The notes beneath the pieces were generated by a model, which worked only from the letters and a program-made list of their open reading frames with translations, had not been told where the DNA came from and did no database searches. DNA of 62,952 nucleotides. Origin: Desulfobacterales bacterium (lineage in GTDB: Bacteria > Desulfobacterota > Desulfobacteria > Desulfobacterales > UBA5616). The translations under genes and the position numbers were made by a program. Shown here piece after piece: positions 29,015 to 40,447 of the stretch (within the stretch, counting starts at the first letter, position 1; every line of letters begins with the position of its first letter). Location of the stretch: assembly GCA_046483495.1 (NCBI GenBank), contig JAWODC010000021.1, forward strand, positions 1-62,952. Direction: 5' to 3'.

Positions 29015-30655
29015 TTATCCGACAAACGATCTCCTGATCACCGTATCTTTTTGCCAGCGGCTGTCATCCCGGTGGGGGTAGCCGATATTGAAATGAAGGC
29101 CGCGGCTCTCTTTGCGATGCATAGCGCATTGGATAATCAATTCCGCCACTGTTGCGATGTTGCGAAGTTCCACCAAATCGGCGCTGATCTTGAAATTCCA
29201 GTAATATTCTTTGATTTCACTCTGGATATTGTCTATTCTGCTTTTGGCCCTGGCCAACCGTTTGTCCGATCTGACAATGCCCACGTAATTCCACATAAAT
29301 CTCCTGATTTCATCCCAGTTCTGAGACAGCATGATCAGTTCATCACTGTCGGTGGTCCCCACCTCGTCCCAGGCCGGGGGCTCGGGAGTGGACCTGACGT
29401 CCATATTTTCGAGATCCTTCACCGCCTGCTGTGATGCGGTATGAGCGTATACCAATGCTTCGATCAGGGAATTGCTGGCCAGCCGATTCGCTCCATGAAG
29501 ACCGGTACAGGCCGTTTCACCGATGGCATAAAGCCGGAAAATATCGGTCCGCCCGCATATGTCCGTGACTACGCCGCCGCACATGTAATGTGCCGCCGGA
29601 ACGACCGGAATGGGTTCTCGGGTCATGTCGATGCCGAACTCGAGGCATCTTTGATAAATGTTGGGAAAACGTTTAACAATGAAATCGTGATCCTTATGCG
29701 AAATATCCAGAAAAACAGAATCGTCCCCGGACTTTTTCAATTCCGTATCGATGGCCCTGGACACCACGTCCCGGCATGCCAAATCTTTCAATGGATCATA
29801 ATTTTCCATAAAAGCGCGGCCTGCCGCATCTTTTAAAATTCCCCCTTCACCCCGCACGGCTTCTGAAATCAGGAAATTTTTGGCTTCCGGATGGTAAAGG
29901 CAGGTGGGGTGAAACTGGACGAACTCGAGATTCGCTATGGTCGCCCCCGCCCTGTATCCCATGGCAATGCCGTCACCTGTGGCGATATCCGGATTGCTGG
30001 TATACAAGTACACCTTTCCGGCCCCTCCCGTGGCGAGTACGGTTATTTTAGCGGAAAAGGTATGGACCTCGTTTGTTTTTCGGTTAAGAACATAAGCCCC
30101 ACAACAAAAATCCTCGTGGGTGGTGGTGATCAGCCCTCTTTTCAAACGGGTGGAGCAGGTAACGAGATCGATGGCGATATGATACTCCAGAATGTCGATA
30201 TTGGGGTGCTTTTTTACGTGACTGACCAGAACGGTTTCGATCTCACGACCGGTCATATCCTGGGCGTGAACGATTCGTTTCTGACTGTGACCGCCCTCCC
30301 GTCCGAGTTCCAGGTTCGGCTTATCCGACATTTCGCCTGCTCGTTCGTCGATATTGAACTGGACGCCTAAATCGATAAGCTCGCGAATCCTGTCCGGTCC
30401 ATTCTTCACGACCATCTCGACGACTTCCCGGTCGCACAGATTATCGCCCGCCGCAAGCGTGTCCTGTATATGAAGGTCGAAGCTGTCCACCTCGCTGAAT
30501 ACGGAAGCGATACCCCCCTGTGCCTGGGACGAGTTGCTTTCCATGACTTCTTTTTTGGTTATTATGGCAACCCGCCCGAAATCGGCCACTTTAAGGGCCA
30601 GCATCAGACCGGCTACGCCGCTGCCGATAATAAGAAAATCGGTTTCATACCTCAT
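29015..30655 (-). CDS. nadB: L-aspartate oxidase
   Basis: AQGGIA, REGGHS..RIVH, QFHPT, HGANRLASNSL, ESRGLH. Confidence 0.96.
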   Translation of the reverse strand: MRYETDFLIIGSGVAGLMLALKVADFGRVAIITKKEVMESNSSQAQGGIASVFSEVDSFDLHIQDTLAAGDNLCDREVVEMVVKNGPDRIRELIDLGVQFNIDERAGEMSDKPNLELGREGGHSQKRIVHAQDMTGREIETVLVSHVKKHPNIDILEYHIAIDLVTCSTRLKRGLITTTHEDFCCGAYVLNRKTNEVHTFSAKITVLATGGAGKVYLYTSNPDIATGDGIAMGYRAGATIANLEFVQFHPTCLYHPEAKNFLISEAVRGEGGILKDAAGRAFMENYDPLKDLACRDVVSRAIDTELKKSGDDSVFLDISHKDHDFIVKRFPNIYQRCLEFGIDMTREPIPVVPAAHYMCGGVVTDICGRTDIFRLYAIGETACTGLHGANRLASNSLIEALVYAHTASQQAVKDLENMDVRSTPEPPAWDEVGTTDSDELIMLSQNWDEIRRFMWNYVGIVRSDKRLARAKSRIDNIQSEIKEYYWNFKISADLVELRNIATVAELIIQCAMHRKESRGLHFNIGYPHRDDSRWQKDTVIRRSFVG

Positions 30656-30724
30656 GATGGTGCACCACGCTTTCCTGCAGCTGTCCGCACCCTGCCGCAG
30701 ATATCATGGACCTTTCAACCGTGG

Positions 30725-31378
30725 TCACGAAAGCAGCGAGGACTTTCGACGTTGCCGCTTGAATTTAAGTCCGATGAGAATCCCCAGAATCAGTATACCC
30801 GCCCCAATGGAGATGCCCTTGATCAACTGGCTGTTCTGAAGCTTGATCATGCCGGCTTCGAGCTGTTGGGATCTCTCCCTGATCTTCGCAAGCTCCTTTT
30901 GGGCTGATTCGTAGTCCGATTTTACCGTGATGAAATCCGTGGATTCGGATTTAAGCGTCTGATATTCGGTATCCACCGCTTTAAAAGACGCATCTTTCTC
31001 CGCCAGCTCGTCTCGAAGTGCCTGAACTTCCTGCTTTAAGGCGGTGTTTTCTGCAGATACCCGCTCGAATTTTTTCAAAAGCTTTTCGTGCTCCCGGTTC
31101 AGGGCATCGAGGACCGGACGTACCGGTTTGTCGGTCGTTAAATATCGGGCCAGCACCCATCCCTCCCGGCCGTCGCCGGTTCGTATCCGGGTCCATCCAT
31201 CCCCTTTTTCTAAAACATTCACCTGTTCACCCGATTCAAGCATCGTGATGATTTTATGTTTGATGCCCGCCCCGGTTCTCATGGTGATCGACATGACTTC
31301 TTTCACATACCTCAGTTCCGCCCAACAGGATGTTTGAGACATCCACAAACAAAATAAAATAACTACAATTTTTTTCAT
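30725..31378 (-). CDS. SH3-domain membrane protein (TIGR04211/YgiM-like)
   Basis: Signal peptide, MRTGAG..GREGWV SH3b domain, coiled coil, C-terminal TM. Confidence 0.85.
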   Translation of the reverse strand: MKKIVVILFCLWMSQTSCWAELRYVKEVMSITMRTGAGIKHKIITMLESGEQVNVLEKGDGWTRIRTGDGREGWVLARYLTTDKPVRPVLDALNREHEKLLKKFERVSAENTALKQEVQALRDELAEKDASFKAVDTEYQTLKSESTDFITVKSDYESAQKELAKIRERSQQLEAGMIKLQNSQLIKGISIGAGILILGILIGLKFKRQRRKSSLLS

Positions 31379-31674
31379 GTAAACACTTCCTTGAATGAGC
31401 TGCCAGCAGCCGATTGGGTTGACGGGTCACATCGTGCCCCACTATTCGGCGCCTTTTGGCCGAAGGCACGTTTTCGCCTGTTTTGCCGCATTGACGGCTT
31501 CGGTGTCTTTTCAAAAAAAGGCGAAAAGGTTGAACACAAATGAAAGCCGGTGCCTCTGCATTTAAGAGTTGACGAAATCTGAAACAAGATATATCTCATA
31601 TTTTGTAAGATACAAGTCTGTCAATACTTTCTTTCCTTCGGCAGGGAAGGATTACAAACGGAATGGGAGCAGGC

Positions 31675-32109
31675 ATGATAGCCTATGATCTGGCATGTTC
31701 CAATGGACACTTATTCGAAGGCTGGTTCGAAGACGGCGCAGCATTTGAGGATCAGCATAAAAAAGGCTTGGTTTCGTGCCCTGTTTGCGATGATACAAAT
31801 GTCAGAAAAATTCCGTCGACGTTCGCCATAAAATGCGGATCCGCTGCACCGAAATACGCTATGGATGAACGGAAAGCCATGCTGGAGTTGGTGCACCAGG
31901 TTTCCGAGTACGTGGAAAAAAACTTCGATAATGTGGGAACCGATTTTGCCAAGGAAGCCCTCAAAATTCATTATGGAGCAGCAGAACCGCGGAATATAAG
32001 AGGAACGAGTTCAAAGGAAGAGGAAACCGTTTTAAAACAGGAGGGAATTCCCTTTTTTAAAGTGCCCGCACCGGCAAAACCCGATACGGAATCGGAATCC
32101 GATTCATGA
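31675..32109 (+). CDS. DUF1178-family Zn-ribbon protein
   Basis: MIAYDLACSNGHLFEGWF, CPVC, FAKEALKIHYG..RNIRG. Confidence 0.85.
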   Translation: MIAYDLACSNGHLFEGWFEDGAAFEDQHKKGLVSCPVCDDTNVRKIPSTFAIKCGSAAPKYAMDERKAMLELVHQVSEYVEKNFDNVGTDFAKEALKIHYGAAEPRNIRGTSSKEEETVLKQEGIPFFKVPAPAKPDTESESDS

Positions 32110-34278
32110 CGCACCGACCGCAAGCCTTTCCGCCAACCCCGTAAGCCGCTGCCGCGGCCGATCATTGCTTATCGCAGATTGCAGCGCCCTGGGAGTGCCG
32201 ATGACAATCGTTGCATCACGGCCCCGCGTGACCGCCGTATACAACAGATTTCTCTGAAGCATGATATAATGCTGAGTCAACAGTGGAATAACGACCGCCG
32301 GGTATTCGGATCCCTGGGATTTATGAACCGTAATGGCATAGGCTAAAGCCAGTTCATCCGTTTCTTCGGCGGCATAATCAACGATCCGGTCCTCATAGTT
32401 TACACGAATTTTCCCCGTTTGCTCTTCAACACCGCAGACAAGTCCGATATCACCGTTAAACACCTCCTTTTGGTAATTGTTTTTCAAATGCATTACCTTG
32501 TCATTGACCCGAAATCGCGTCAGCGGGATCCGGTTTTCATTCGATGCCGGATTTACGGCCTTTTGAAGGATGCGGTTCAAGCTCAGTGTGCCGACCGTTC
32601 CTTTATGCATGGGAGTGATCACCTGGACATCCTGGATACGGCCTCTTTCCATACGCTCCGGCAAAACACGGGTCACCAGATCGATGATCAACTCAACCAC
32701 GGCCTCCGGACGCTCCTGTTCGATAAACAGGAAATCGGAATCCGCATACGCCTGCCGACCGATGTCGGGCATTTCACCCCGCCGAATTTTGTGGGCCGCC
32801 AGAACGATCGGGCTTCGATGGGCTTGTCTGTGAATTTTCGTCAATTCAAACGTCGTGATCTTTGTACTCCGAATCAAATCCGAGAGCACATTTCCAGGGC
32901 CGATGGAAGGAAGCTGAAAAACATCGCCGACCAGGATCAGCCGTGCATACGGGGAAACGGCATTGACCAGATTGAACATCAAAACCGTGTCGACCATGGA
33001 AGCTTCATCGACAACGATGGCATCCGCGTCAAGGGGATCATCCCGGTTTTTTTCGAACACACAGACAGCGGGATTGTAGCGCAGCATTTTGTGAATGGTT
33101 TCAGCATTTCGGCCGGTCACCTCGGAAAGGCGCCGTGCGGCTCGGCCTGTGGGCGCACTAAGCAGCACCCGTTTGCCCAGTGCGTCGAACATCGCCGTTA
33201 CCGCCCGAATGAGCGTGGTTTTTCCCGTGCCCGGGCCTCCGGTGATCACGGCAAATCGGTGGGCGAGAATTCCTTCGAGAACGGCAAGCTGTTCCGCGGA
33301 CGGACGAACCGCTATTTTTTCCACCATCTCATCAGCTATCCGTCGAGGGTTCACCTCCTGTCCGGCCACAGGAACGGACAACAAGGCATTGATCCGCCGC
33401 GCAATACCGATTTCGGCTTCATGAAGAACCGGCGTGTATATTCGGCGTTCATCCGCGGGATCCGGTTCAGGCTCTGTGATTAATTGATTTTTTCCGACCA
33501 TCGCCGCAAGCGCGTCTTCGACCGGACCGGCATCCATTTGAAATTGACGCTTCAACTTCGTTTTGAGCAGGGATTCGGGCATATACGTATGGCCTTCGGA
33601 GACAAACCGCCCCACTACGTAGTCAATAGCGGCCGCTATCCGTTCATGGCAGAAATCATCATACCCCAACGCTTTGGCGATCATATCCATCGTAAAAAAA
33701 TCGACGTCCGGTATGTCCGCCGATATGCGATAGGGCGATTTGCGAATCGCGTCCAGCGCACCGGCCCCGTAAAACGTGATGAGTTTTGGGGTCTGGGAGA
33801 GATCGACACCGCACTGCTGGAGAAAATCCATAAGCACCCGGATCTCATGGTGGGATTGCCACGCTTCGGCAATCCGGTTGGCTGTTTTTTGCCCGATCCC
33901 TTCGACCTCGGTGAGTCTTTCCGGCGTTTGGTCAATCACTTCGAGCGCTTTTTCAGCGAAATGCCGGATCAAGCGCTCGGCGGTTTTAGCGCCGATGCCC
34001 TCGATCATGCCCGAGGCAAGGTAACGTTTAATACCGGCAAGGGTTGCCGGCAAAACCACTTCGTATCCGGAAACCTTAAATTGCCGGCCGTACTTTGGGT
34101 GGGTTGCCCATTTCCCCGAAATTTTTAGACTTTCCCCCGGATGGACGCCCGCCATATACCCCATAATGGTAACCGGTTTTTCCGTTTCATCCGCCCGCAG
34201 CCGGGCGATCAAAAACCGGCTTTCTTCATCATAATACGTAATGCGCTCCAATATTCCGGTCAGGGTAATCACATCCAT
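32104..34278 (-). CDS. recD2: ATP-dependent RecD2-like helicase
   Basis: HPKYGRQF, HhH repeats, TGGPGTGKTT, DEASM, AYAITVHKSQGSEY. Confidence 0.95.
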   Translation of the reverse strand: MDVITLTGILERITYYDEESRFLIARLRADETEKPVTIMGYMAGVHPGESLKISGKWATHPKYGRQFKVSGYEVVLPATLAGIKRYLASGMIEGIGAKTAERLIRHFAEKALEVIDQTPERLTEVEGIGQKTANRIAEAWQSHHEIRVLMDFLQQCGVDLSQTPKLITFYGAGALDAIRKSPYRISADIPDVDFFTMDMIAKALGYDDFCHERIAAAIDYVVGRFVSEGHTYMPESLLKTKLKRQFQMDAGPVEDALAAMVGKNQLITEPEPDPADERRIYTPVLHEAEIGIARRINALLSVPVAGQEVNPRRIADEMVEKIAVRPSAEQLAVLEGILAHRFAVITGGPGTGKTTLIRAVTAMFDALGKRVLLSAPTGRAARRLSEVTGRNAETIHKMLRYNPAVCVFEKNRDDPLDADAIVVDEASMVDTVLMFNLVNAVSPYARLILVGDVFQLPSIGPGNVLSDLIRSTKITTFELTKIHRQAHRSPIVLAAHKIRRGEMPDIGRQAYADSDFLFIEQERPEAVVELIIDLVTRVLPERMERGRIQDVQVITPMHKGTVGTLSLNRILQKAVNPASNENRIPLTRFRVNDKVMHLKNNYQKEVFNGDIGLVCGVEEQTGKIRVNYEDRIVDYAAEETDELALAYAITVHKSQGSEYPAVVIPLLTQHYIMLQRNLLYTAVTRGRDATIVIGTPRALQSAISNDRPRQRLTGLAERLAVGAS

Positions 34279-34323
34279 GCTGCATCCGGCTTGGAAAATT
34301 GAACATGCGATGGGTCGCGACGA

Positions 34324-35103
34324 TTATTCCGAAACGACAAAAACACCTTCGAAGCCCCGGCTGATCATTTCCTGTTCATATTTTCGGGCCATAGAAAGTG
34401 TCCGGCAGCCGCCCAAACGAACCCGGTAAAAAACACGATTTCCATCGTCAAACGGAATAATGCGAACATCCCGATAATGCCTGGCTAATTCTGATTTGAG
34501 TTTTTCGGCATTTTCGCGAATGGTGAAGGCACCGATTTGTATGGCAAAATTTCCGGTGTAATAATCGGTTGGAACATACTGAGGGGCTCCGGCCGTTGAA
34601 GGCGACGGGATTCCAAGGGCGACGACTTCGACAGGCGCCGTACCCGGTCCGACAATATCCAGCTGTTTTGCCGCCTCGTAAGACAGATCGATAACCCGCC
34701 CCCGGACAAACGGTCCCCTGTCATTGATCCGAACTTCGGCTTGATGTCCGTTGCGAAGATTTTTCACGCGAACCACTGTTCCCAACGGGAGAATTTTGTG
34801 TGCCGCCGTCATCGCATACATGTCGTAGGTTTCACCATTGGATGTTTTTCGCCCGTGAAAATCCGCACCATACCATGAGGCAATTCCTTTTTCCCGAAAA
34901 CCTCTTGAATCGTCTATCGGATGATAGCACTTCCCCATGACCTTGTACGGCTTCGATTTGACCGGAACCCGCGTTATCGGGGGATCCGGCGTCCGTGCGC
35001 AACCCGCGCCGAAACAAAAGAGCAGGATCATCAACATGGCTCGTGATCCGCATAGACAACGAGAACAACCGGCAGCAGCCATTAATAGTCCCCTTCTATT
35101 CAC
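34324..35103 (-). CDS. rlpA: Septal lytic transglycosylase RlpA (DPBB plus SPOR); start uncertain
   Basis: GIASWYG, TAAHK.LP, VRINDRGPF, SPOR IQIGAF. Confidence 0.92.
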   Translation of the reverse strand: MNRRGLLMAAAGCSRCLCGSRAMLMILLFCFGAGCARTPDPPITRVPVKSKPYKVMGKCYHPIDDSRGFREKGIASWYGADFHGRKTSNGETYDMYAMTAAHKILPLGTVVRVKNLRNGHQAEVRINDRGPFVRGRVIDLSYEAAKQLDIVGPGTAPVEVVALGIPSPSTAGAPQYVPTDYYTGNFAIQIGAFTIRENAEKLKSELARHYRDVRIIPFDDGNRVFYRVRLGGCRTLSMARKYEQEMISRGFEGVFVVSE

Positions 35104-35125
35104 AATTTATCCCACTGCACCGACT

Positions 35126-37471
35126 CTATCCCAAGGCGATTTTCAAAACATTCATCATTTTATCTTCAAAATGAAATTTCACTTCTTTTTTTATCTTTTC
35201 AGGGACATCCACCATGTCCTTTTCATTCCACTTCGGCAAAATTACGGTTTTTATTCCGGCGCGATGTGCGGCGAGAACCTTTTCCTTGATGCCGCCTACC
35301 GGCAAAACTTGGCCGCGCAGGGTAATTTCTCCCGTCATTGCCAGGTTCTTCTTAATTTTTTTATGGGTCAACAACGATGCCAGCGCCGTGAGCATGGTAA
35401 CACCGGCAGACGGCCCGTCTTTTGGAATGGCCCCGGCCGGTACATGGATGTGAATATCATGCTCCTCGAAAAAATTTTCGTCGACGCCCAGTTCATCGGC
35501 CTTCGATCGAATAAAGCTCAGTGCCGCCATGGCGGATTCTTTCATGACATCCCCCAGTTGACCCGTGAGCGTCAGTCCTTTTTTCCCCTTCATGGATGTG
35601 GCTTCGATAAAGAGCAGCTCACCGCCGGTCTGGGTCCATGCCAAACCCATCGCTACACCGGGGGTATCGGTTCTATCGGCGGCTTCCATCACAATCCGAA
35701 CCGGCCCTATATAATCCGATACGTTGTCGATGGTGATTTTTTCCGACTTGGATTCGCCCGAAGCGATTTTCGCGGCAACCCCCCTGCATATGGATGCGAT
35801 TTCCCGCTCCAGATTCCGCAGCCCGGCTTCGCGCGTATACCCTGAAATAATGGTTCGTATAGCACCGGCAGTGAAATTGATCTGCTTTGCATTGATGCCG
35901 TGGGCCTCACGCTGACGGGGAATCAAATAGCGGTTTGCGATTTTTATCTTCTCGTCTCGGGTATACCCCGGCAGGCTGAGAACTTCCATACGGTCACGCA
36001 GCGCCGGTGGAATGGTATCCAGGATGTTGGCCGTGGTGATAAACATCACTTTGGAAAGATCGAAAGGCACATCCAGGTAATGGTCGGAAAACGAGAAATT
36101 CTGTTCCGGGTCCAGGACCTCGAGAAGCGCGGATGAGGGGTCTCCTCTGAAGTCGCTGCCGACCTTATCGATTTCGTCGAGCATGAAAACCGGATTGTTG
36201 GACTCGCAGCGGCGAATCCCCCGAATAATCCTTCCAGGCAGGGCCCCCACATAGGTCCGACGATGCCCGCGGATTTCAGCCTCATCCCTTACGCCGCCGA
36301 GTGACAGGCGATAAAACCGGCGGCCCATGGCCCGTGCCACGGATCTTCCCAGCGAGGTTTTGCCGGTTCCCGGCGGTCCCACAAAGCACAGAATGGGACC
36401 TTTCGATTCCGGCTTGAGTTTGCGTACGGCAAGATATTCGATCACTCTTTTTTTCGGTTTTTCAAGCCCGAAGTGATCCTGATCCAAAATTTTTCTTGCC
36501 GTGTTGATGTCCAGGTTGTCCTGTGTACTGTCATTCCAGGGTAAAGAAATCATCCAGTCCAGGTAAGTCAGTGCGACCGTATATTCAGCGGATGAGGGGT
36601 GCATGTTCGACAGGCGGTCCAATTCCCTTTCGGCTTCCTTGCGGGCGTCTTCAGGCAGATCCTTTTCGGCGATTTTGGCGCGGTACTCCTCCACCCGGAC
36701 ACTGGTCTCGTCTTTTTCTCCCAGCTCCTCTTTGATGGCCTTCAGCTGCTGACGCAGAAAGTAGTCCCGCTGGGTTTTTTCCATATCCCCCTTTACCTGA
36801 TTCTGAATCTTGTTGCCGAGTTCAAGGATTTCCAATTGGTGATTGATCAAAAGCGTCACCTTTTTTAGTCGTTCCTTGACATCGGACGCTTCCAGCACCT
36901 GCTGCTTTTCCTCCTGGGTGGAATTGATCACGGAAGCCACCATGTCCGCCAGGACGCCGGGTTCCTGTATGGATTTCGCCATGGCGACCATTTCAGGGGG
37001 AAGACCGGGTGAAAGCTGGACAATCCGTTCAAACAGGCCCAACAAGTTGAACATCAGGGCCTCGGTTTCTTTGTCGGTTTCCCCCGTGTCACCGAAATAG
37101 CTTACCCGGGCCTGAAGATAGGAGCGGTCATTTACAAAGCCAACGACTCGAAAGCGGCTCAATCCCTGGATCAGAAGCTGGGCTTTGTTGTCCTCGGTTT
37201 TTGCCATTTTAAGAATCAGAGCGGCCGTTCCCACACGATGGAGTTTGTCGACGGGGGGGATGTCTTTGTGTTCGGTCGACTTGGAAACAATCAATCCGAT
37301 GATCCGATCTCTGGACATGGCTTCATCCACCAATGACACGGAATCCGCCTGCATGACCATCAGCGGCAATACCATTTTGGGGAACAGCGCCGCATCGAAC
37401 AGCGGCAATATGGACAGGCTTTCAGGCAGCTTTTCGGCAACGGGCTCCTTGGGTGGTTTATTTTCCGTCAT
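35126..37471 (-). CDS. lon: Lon protease
   Basis: [33 protein letters not shown]. Confidence 0.97.
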   Translation of the reverse strand: MTENKPPKEPVAEKLPESLSILPLFDAALFPKMVLPLMVMQADSVSLVDEAMSRDRIIGLIVSKSTEHKDIPPVDKLHRVGTAALILKMAKTEDNKAQLLIQGLSRFRVVGFVNDRSYLQARVSYFGDTGETDKETEALMFNLLGLFERIVQLSPGLPPEMVAMAKSIQEPGVLADMVASVINSTQEEKQQVLEASDVKERLKKVTLLINHQLEILELGNKIQNQVKGDMEKTQRDYFLRQQLKAIKEELGEKDETSVRVEEYRAKIAEKDLPEDARKEAERELDRLSNMHPSSAEYTVALTYLDWMISLPWNDSTQDNLDINTARKILDQDHFGLEKPKKRVIEYLAVRKLKPESKGPILCFVGPPGTGKTSLGRSVARAMGRRFYRLSLGGVRDEAEIRGHRRTYVGALPGRIIRGIRRCESNNPVFMLDEIDKVGSDFRGDPSSALLEVLDPEQNFSFSDHYLDVPFDLSKVMFITTANILDTIPPALRDRMEVLSLPGYTRDEKIKIANRYLIPRQREAHGINAKQINFTAGAIRTIISGYTREAGLRNLEREIASICRGVAAKIASGESKSEKITIDNVSDYIGPVRIVMEAADRTDTPGVAMGLAWTQTGGELLFIEATSMKGKKGLTLTGQLGDVMKESAMAALSFIRSKADELGVDENFFEEHDIHIHVPAGAIPKDGPSAGVTMLTALASLLTHKKIKKNLAMTGEITLRGQVLPVGGIKEKVLAAHRAGIKTVILPKWNEKDMVDVPEKIKKEVKFHFEDKMMNVLKIALG

Positions 37472-37521
37472 GTGATTACCCCCTTGCAGATTAATCGGTA
37501 GTCGTTGGCGTTCGTCTTATT

Positions 37522-37968
37522 TCATCCGTCGGATATGGGGATCGTGAAGGTTTGATTGCTTCGAATCTTCTCGAGCCGGATGTGGAGCATGCCGTTTGTA
37601 TAGGACGCCGACACGCGATCCGTATCGATTGCACATGGAAGGATAAACGCACGCTCGAAAGGTCCGTATTGCACTTCGGCCAGACGGAACGCTCCCTTTT
37701 CGGAAAACTGCATCTGCCGACGACGTCCGGCGATTTTTATGGTCTTTCGGCTGATTTCAACGTCAAGATCTTCGGGGTCGACACCGGCAATCTCCACCAG
37801 AACATAAATTTCTTTCTGGGTTTCAAAAACATCGATCTGCGGTTTTAACGAGCGATCCGAAAGCGAAAACAGAGGATTCATCGCCCGGAACATGTCATCG
37901 AACGCTCTGCTCTGCATGGATCCCTGCTGATCGAAACCTTTTTTGAATCTGATTTTGATATAATCCAT
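37522..37968 (-). CDS. Hsp20/alpha-crystallin small heat-shock protein
   Basis: PQIDVFE, EIAGV, YGPFER, ASYTNGML. Confidence 0.92.
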   Translation of the reverse strand: MDYIKIRFKKGFDQQGSMQSRAFDDMFRAMNPLFSLSDRSLKPQIDVFETQKEIYVLVEIAGVDPEDLDVEISRKTIKIAGRRRQMQFSEKGAFRLAEVQYGPFERAFILPCAIDTDRVSASYTNGMLHIRLEKIRSNQTFTIPISDG

Positions 37969-38344
37969 AAGCGGGCTCCTATTTTAAAGAGGAACAGCCA
38001 ATACGCGACAGGCTTTGTTTTTCACTCGAAAACGCCTTAAAAAAAATATATCGGCGAATCGAGGAAACCGGGATTGAATCGGCACATTCAAACGGCGCCC
38101 TTTTCTTTCGGGCCGAATCACACCCCGCCGCACCGATTCAAGGCGTTGAAAGTTTTCAAATTATCATTAACCCGGAAGGTTGTAAAGCAAACTTCTCACA
38201 TGATGCATGCGGCTGTGAATCCCGACAGTGCAGGCTCATGTGTTCATCACGGCGATTTGTGCCTCAAAAATCAGCCGCCACACGGGAGACGGGTTGTAAA
38301 AGCAGTATTGTTTTTTCCCCGCAAATCTTCTATCTGGAAGAACC

Positions 38345-39496
38345 ATGAAAAAAAACCGATCCTCATATCCGTGGTCCATTGCACAGCAATATTTTCTGCA
38401 CTTCGGAATTATGGGAGTTTATCTGCCCTATTTCAACCTGTATTGCCTTCATATCGGTCTTTCCGGTTCTGAAATCGGCACACTTTCCTCGGTGCGGTCC
38501 GTTTCAACCGTGGTATTTCCGGTGGTGTTCGGCGCTCTGGCGGATCGTTATCAACTGAGAAAACCGATCTATATCGGATGCTGCTTTATCGCAGCCCTTA
38601 CCTGGTCTTTTTTTCTCCAAACCACGGACTTTTACCGGATGCTGCTCATTTCCCTGGTCTACGGAATGTTCTATGCGCCGATTATATCCTTTCTCGAGGC
38701 GCTGACTATGGATGTTCTGGGAAAGGAAAAGAGAAGCTACGGCACCGTCCGGGCCTGGGGGTCACTGAGCTTCATTATCATCGTTATGCTCACGGGCAAT
38801 CTTACCGATCGATTTTCCATTCGGCTAATCCTGATCATGGTTTTGATCGGATCGATCATGCAGGCGTTTTTTTCGCTGAAACTGCCGTTTACCGATCGGG
38901 GGACGACCGGGCCTTCCGTACCGAAACCGCGCCTCTTTCTTCACAAACCCATCGTTATATTTTTGTCCTCCGCTTTTTTAATGCTGGTCAGCCATGGCGC
39001 TTATTACGGCTTCTTTTCCATTCACCTGGAGCATCTGGGTTTTTCGAACCTGTTTATCGGTTCGGTATGGGCCATCGCATCGATCGCTGAAATCCAGGCC
39101 ATGATGGCATCGAAAAAACTCTTCAACCGGTTTTCACTTGAAAAGGTGCTTGTCTTCTCATTTATCGTTGCAGCCCTGAGATGGAGCATTCTCTTTGTGG
39201 TGACATCCCCCGTGCTCATTGTTTTAGCACAAATGCTGCATGCAGTGACATACGGCACGTTCCACATGGCCGGCATTCTGTATATGGATCGAATCGCCCC
39301 GGAAGAAGCAAAAACAATGGCCCAGGCGGTGAATAATGCCGTTACCTATGGCCTTGGATTAATGGTGGGATTCTTATTGAACGGCTATCTTTATGAATGG
39401 GTGGGGTCCGCACCGCTTTTCATCATCAGTGCGGGAATCGCCGCAATGGGCGGCATGCTGTTCGCCGGCCACCTGGCGGCAGCCCGAAAAACGTAA
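38345..39496 (+). CDS. MFS transporter (HcaT/MFS_1-like)
   Basis: About 12 hydrophobic segments; GALADR, YGTVRAWGS. Confidence 0.88.
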   Translation: MKKNRSSYPWSIAQQYFLHFGIMGVYLPYFNLYCLHIGLSGSEIGTLSSVRSVSTVVFPVVFGALADRYQLRKPIYIGCCFIAALTWSFFLQTTDFYRMLLISLVYGMFYAPIISFLEALTMDVLGKEKRSYGTVRAWGSLSFIIIVMLTGNLTDRFSIRLILIMVLIGSIMQAFFSLKLPFTDRGTTGPSVPKPRLFLHKPIVIFLSSAFLMLVSHGAYYGFFSIHLEHLGFSNLFIGSVWAIASIAEIQAMMASKKLFNRFSLEKVLVFSFIVAALRWSILFVVTSPVLIVLAQMLHAVTYGTFHMAGILYMDRIAPEEAKTMAQAVNNAVTYGLGLMVGFLLNGYLYEWVGSAPLFIISAGIAAMGGMLFAGHLAAARKT

Positions 39497-39600
39497 GAAC
39501 AAAGCCACCCTCCACGGACCCCGCATCCCCATAATCCATCACCTGCATAAAGGCGGAAACGCCGCTCCGGGCCAAAAGATGCCGCTTCTGGACGGCCACC

Positions 39601-40320
39601 CTAATCGCCGTACTTGGGTCTTACCAGATACCGCAAATAATGAAGCAACGTATTATGACGATATTTAACCCGCTCCACACGGTCAATCCCCCTGGCTAAT
39701 CGGAAAATATCCGGAAGCCATTGTTCCCGGGTGGTAATTTTTTCATCAGGATCGAGTTGGCGAACGATTCTGGCGGGATTTCCGGCCGCGATGGTATTCG
39801 GAGGCACATCGCCGGTCACGACGGAACCGGCGCCGACAATGCTGTTTTCACCAATGGTCACTCCCTTGCAGACAATGGCGCTGTCGCCGATCCAGACATT
39901 GTTTTCAATGGTGATCGGTTCGGTCCTTCCAATGGAAACACGGTTGTAAATGCCGTGCCAGTCCGCATCCGTCACAAAGGCGCCGTTGGCGAACATGCAA
40001 TTGTCTCCGATGATGATCCGATAGGCCGAGCTGATTCGGACGCCGGGGCAGATCAAACAGTAATCGCCGACTTTTATGCCGCCCTTTTTCCGGTCTTCCG
40101 ACCAGACGGAAAGCTTCACTTTGCTTTCAGCGGCACCGATGACATTGGAATACGCGCCAAGCTCGATAGGTGCACCGAATACACGCACATGCCACGGTCG
40201 AACGAACGTGTAGTGCTCACCCAGGTACTCGAAGTGGGGCTTTAAAAAGTGCCGCACAAATAATCTTTCAAAGCCTATACGGGCTTTCTTGATGAAATAT
40301 GGCCGATGATCTCTTCTCAA
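39601..40320 (-). CDS. Hexapeptide-repeat (LbH) acyltransferase
   Basis: ITIENNVWIG..CKGVTIGENSIVGAGSVV..AGNPA. Confidence 0.9.
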   Translation of the reverse strand: MRRDHRPYFIKKARIGFERLFVRHFLKPHFEYLGEHYTFVRPWHVRVFGAPIELGAYSNVIGAAESKVKLSVWSEDRKKGGIKVGDYCLICPGVRISSAYRIIIGDNCMFANGAFVTDADWHGIYNRVSIGRTEPITIENNVWIGDSAIVCKGVTIGENSIVGAGSVVTGDVPPNTIAAGNPARIVRQLDPDEKITTREQWLPDIFRLARGIDRVERVKYRHNTLLHYLRYLVRPKYGD

Positions 40321-40349
40321 CTGTGCTTTAACCTTCGTCTATGTTTCCA

Positions 40350-40447
40350 CTGGTCTCCATCCGGAAATGGCCGGATTTCTCCATTTCTCTATTGGATGGT
40401 AATCGATGCACCAATTCAGTTTTATACCCACATGAATCAGCCGTTTT
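40350..40447. repeat. Degenerate copy of the MITE-like element
   Basis: ctggtctccatccggaaatggcc...ctccatttc and atgaatcagccgtttt. Confidence 0.5.
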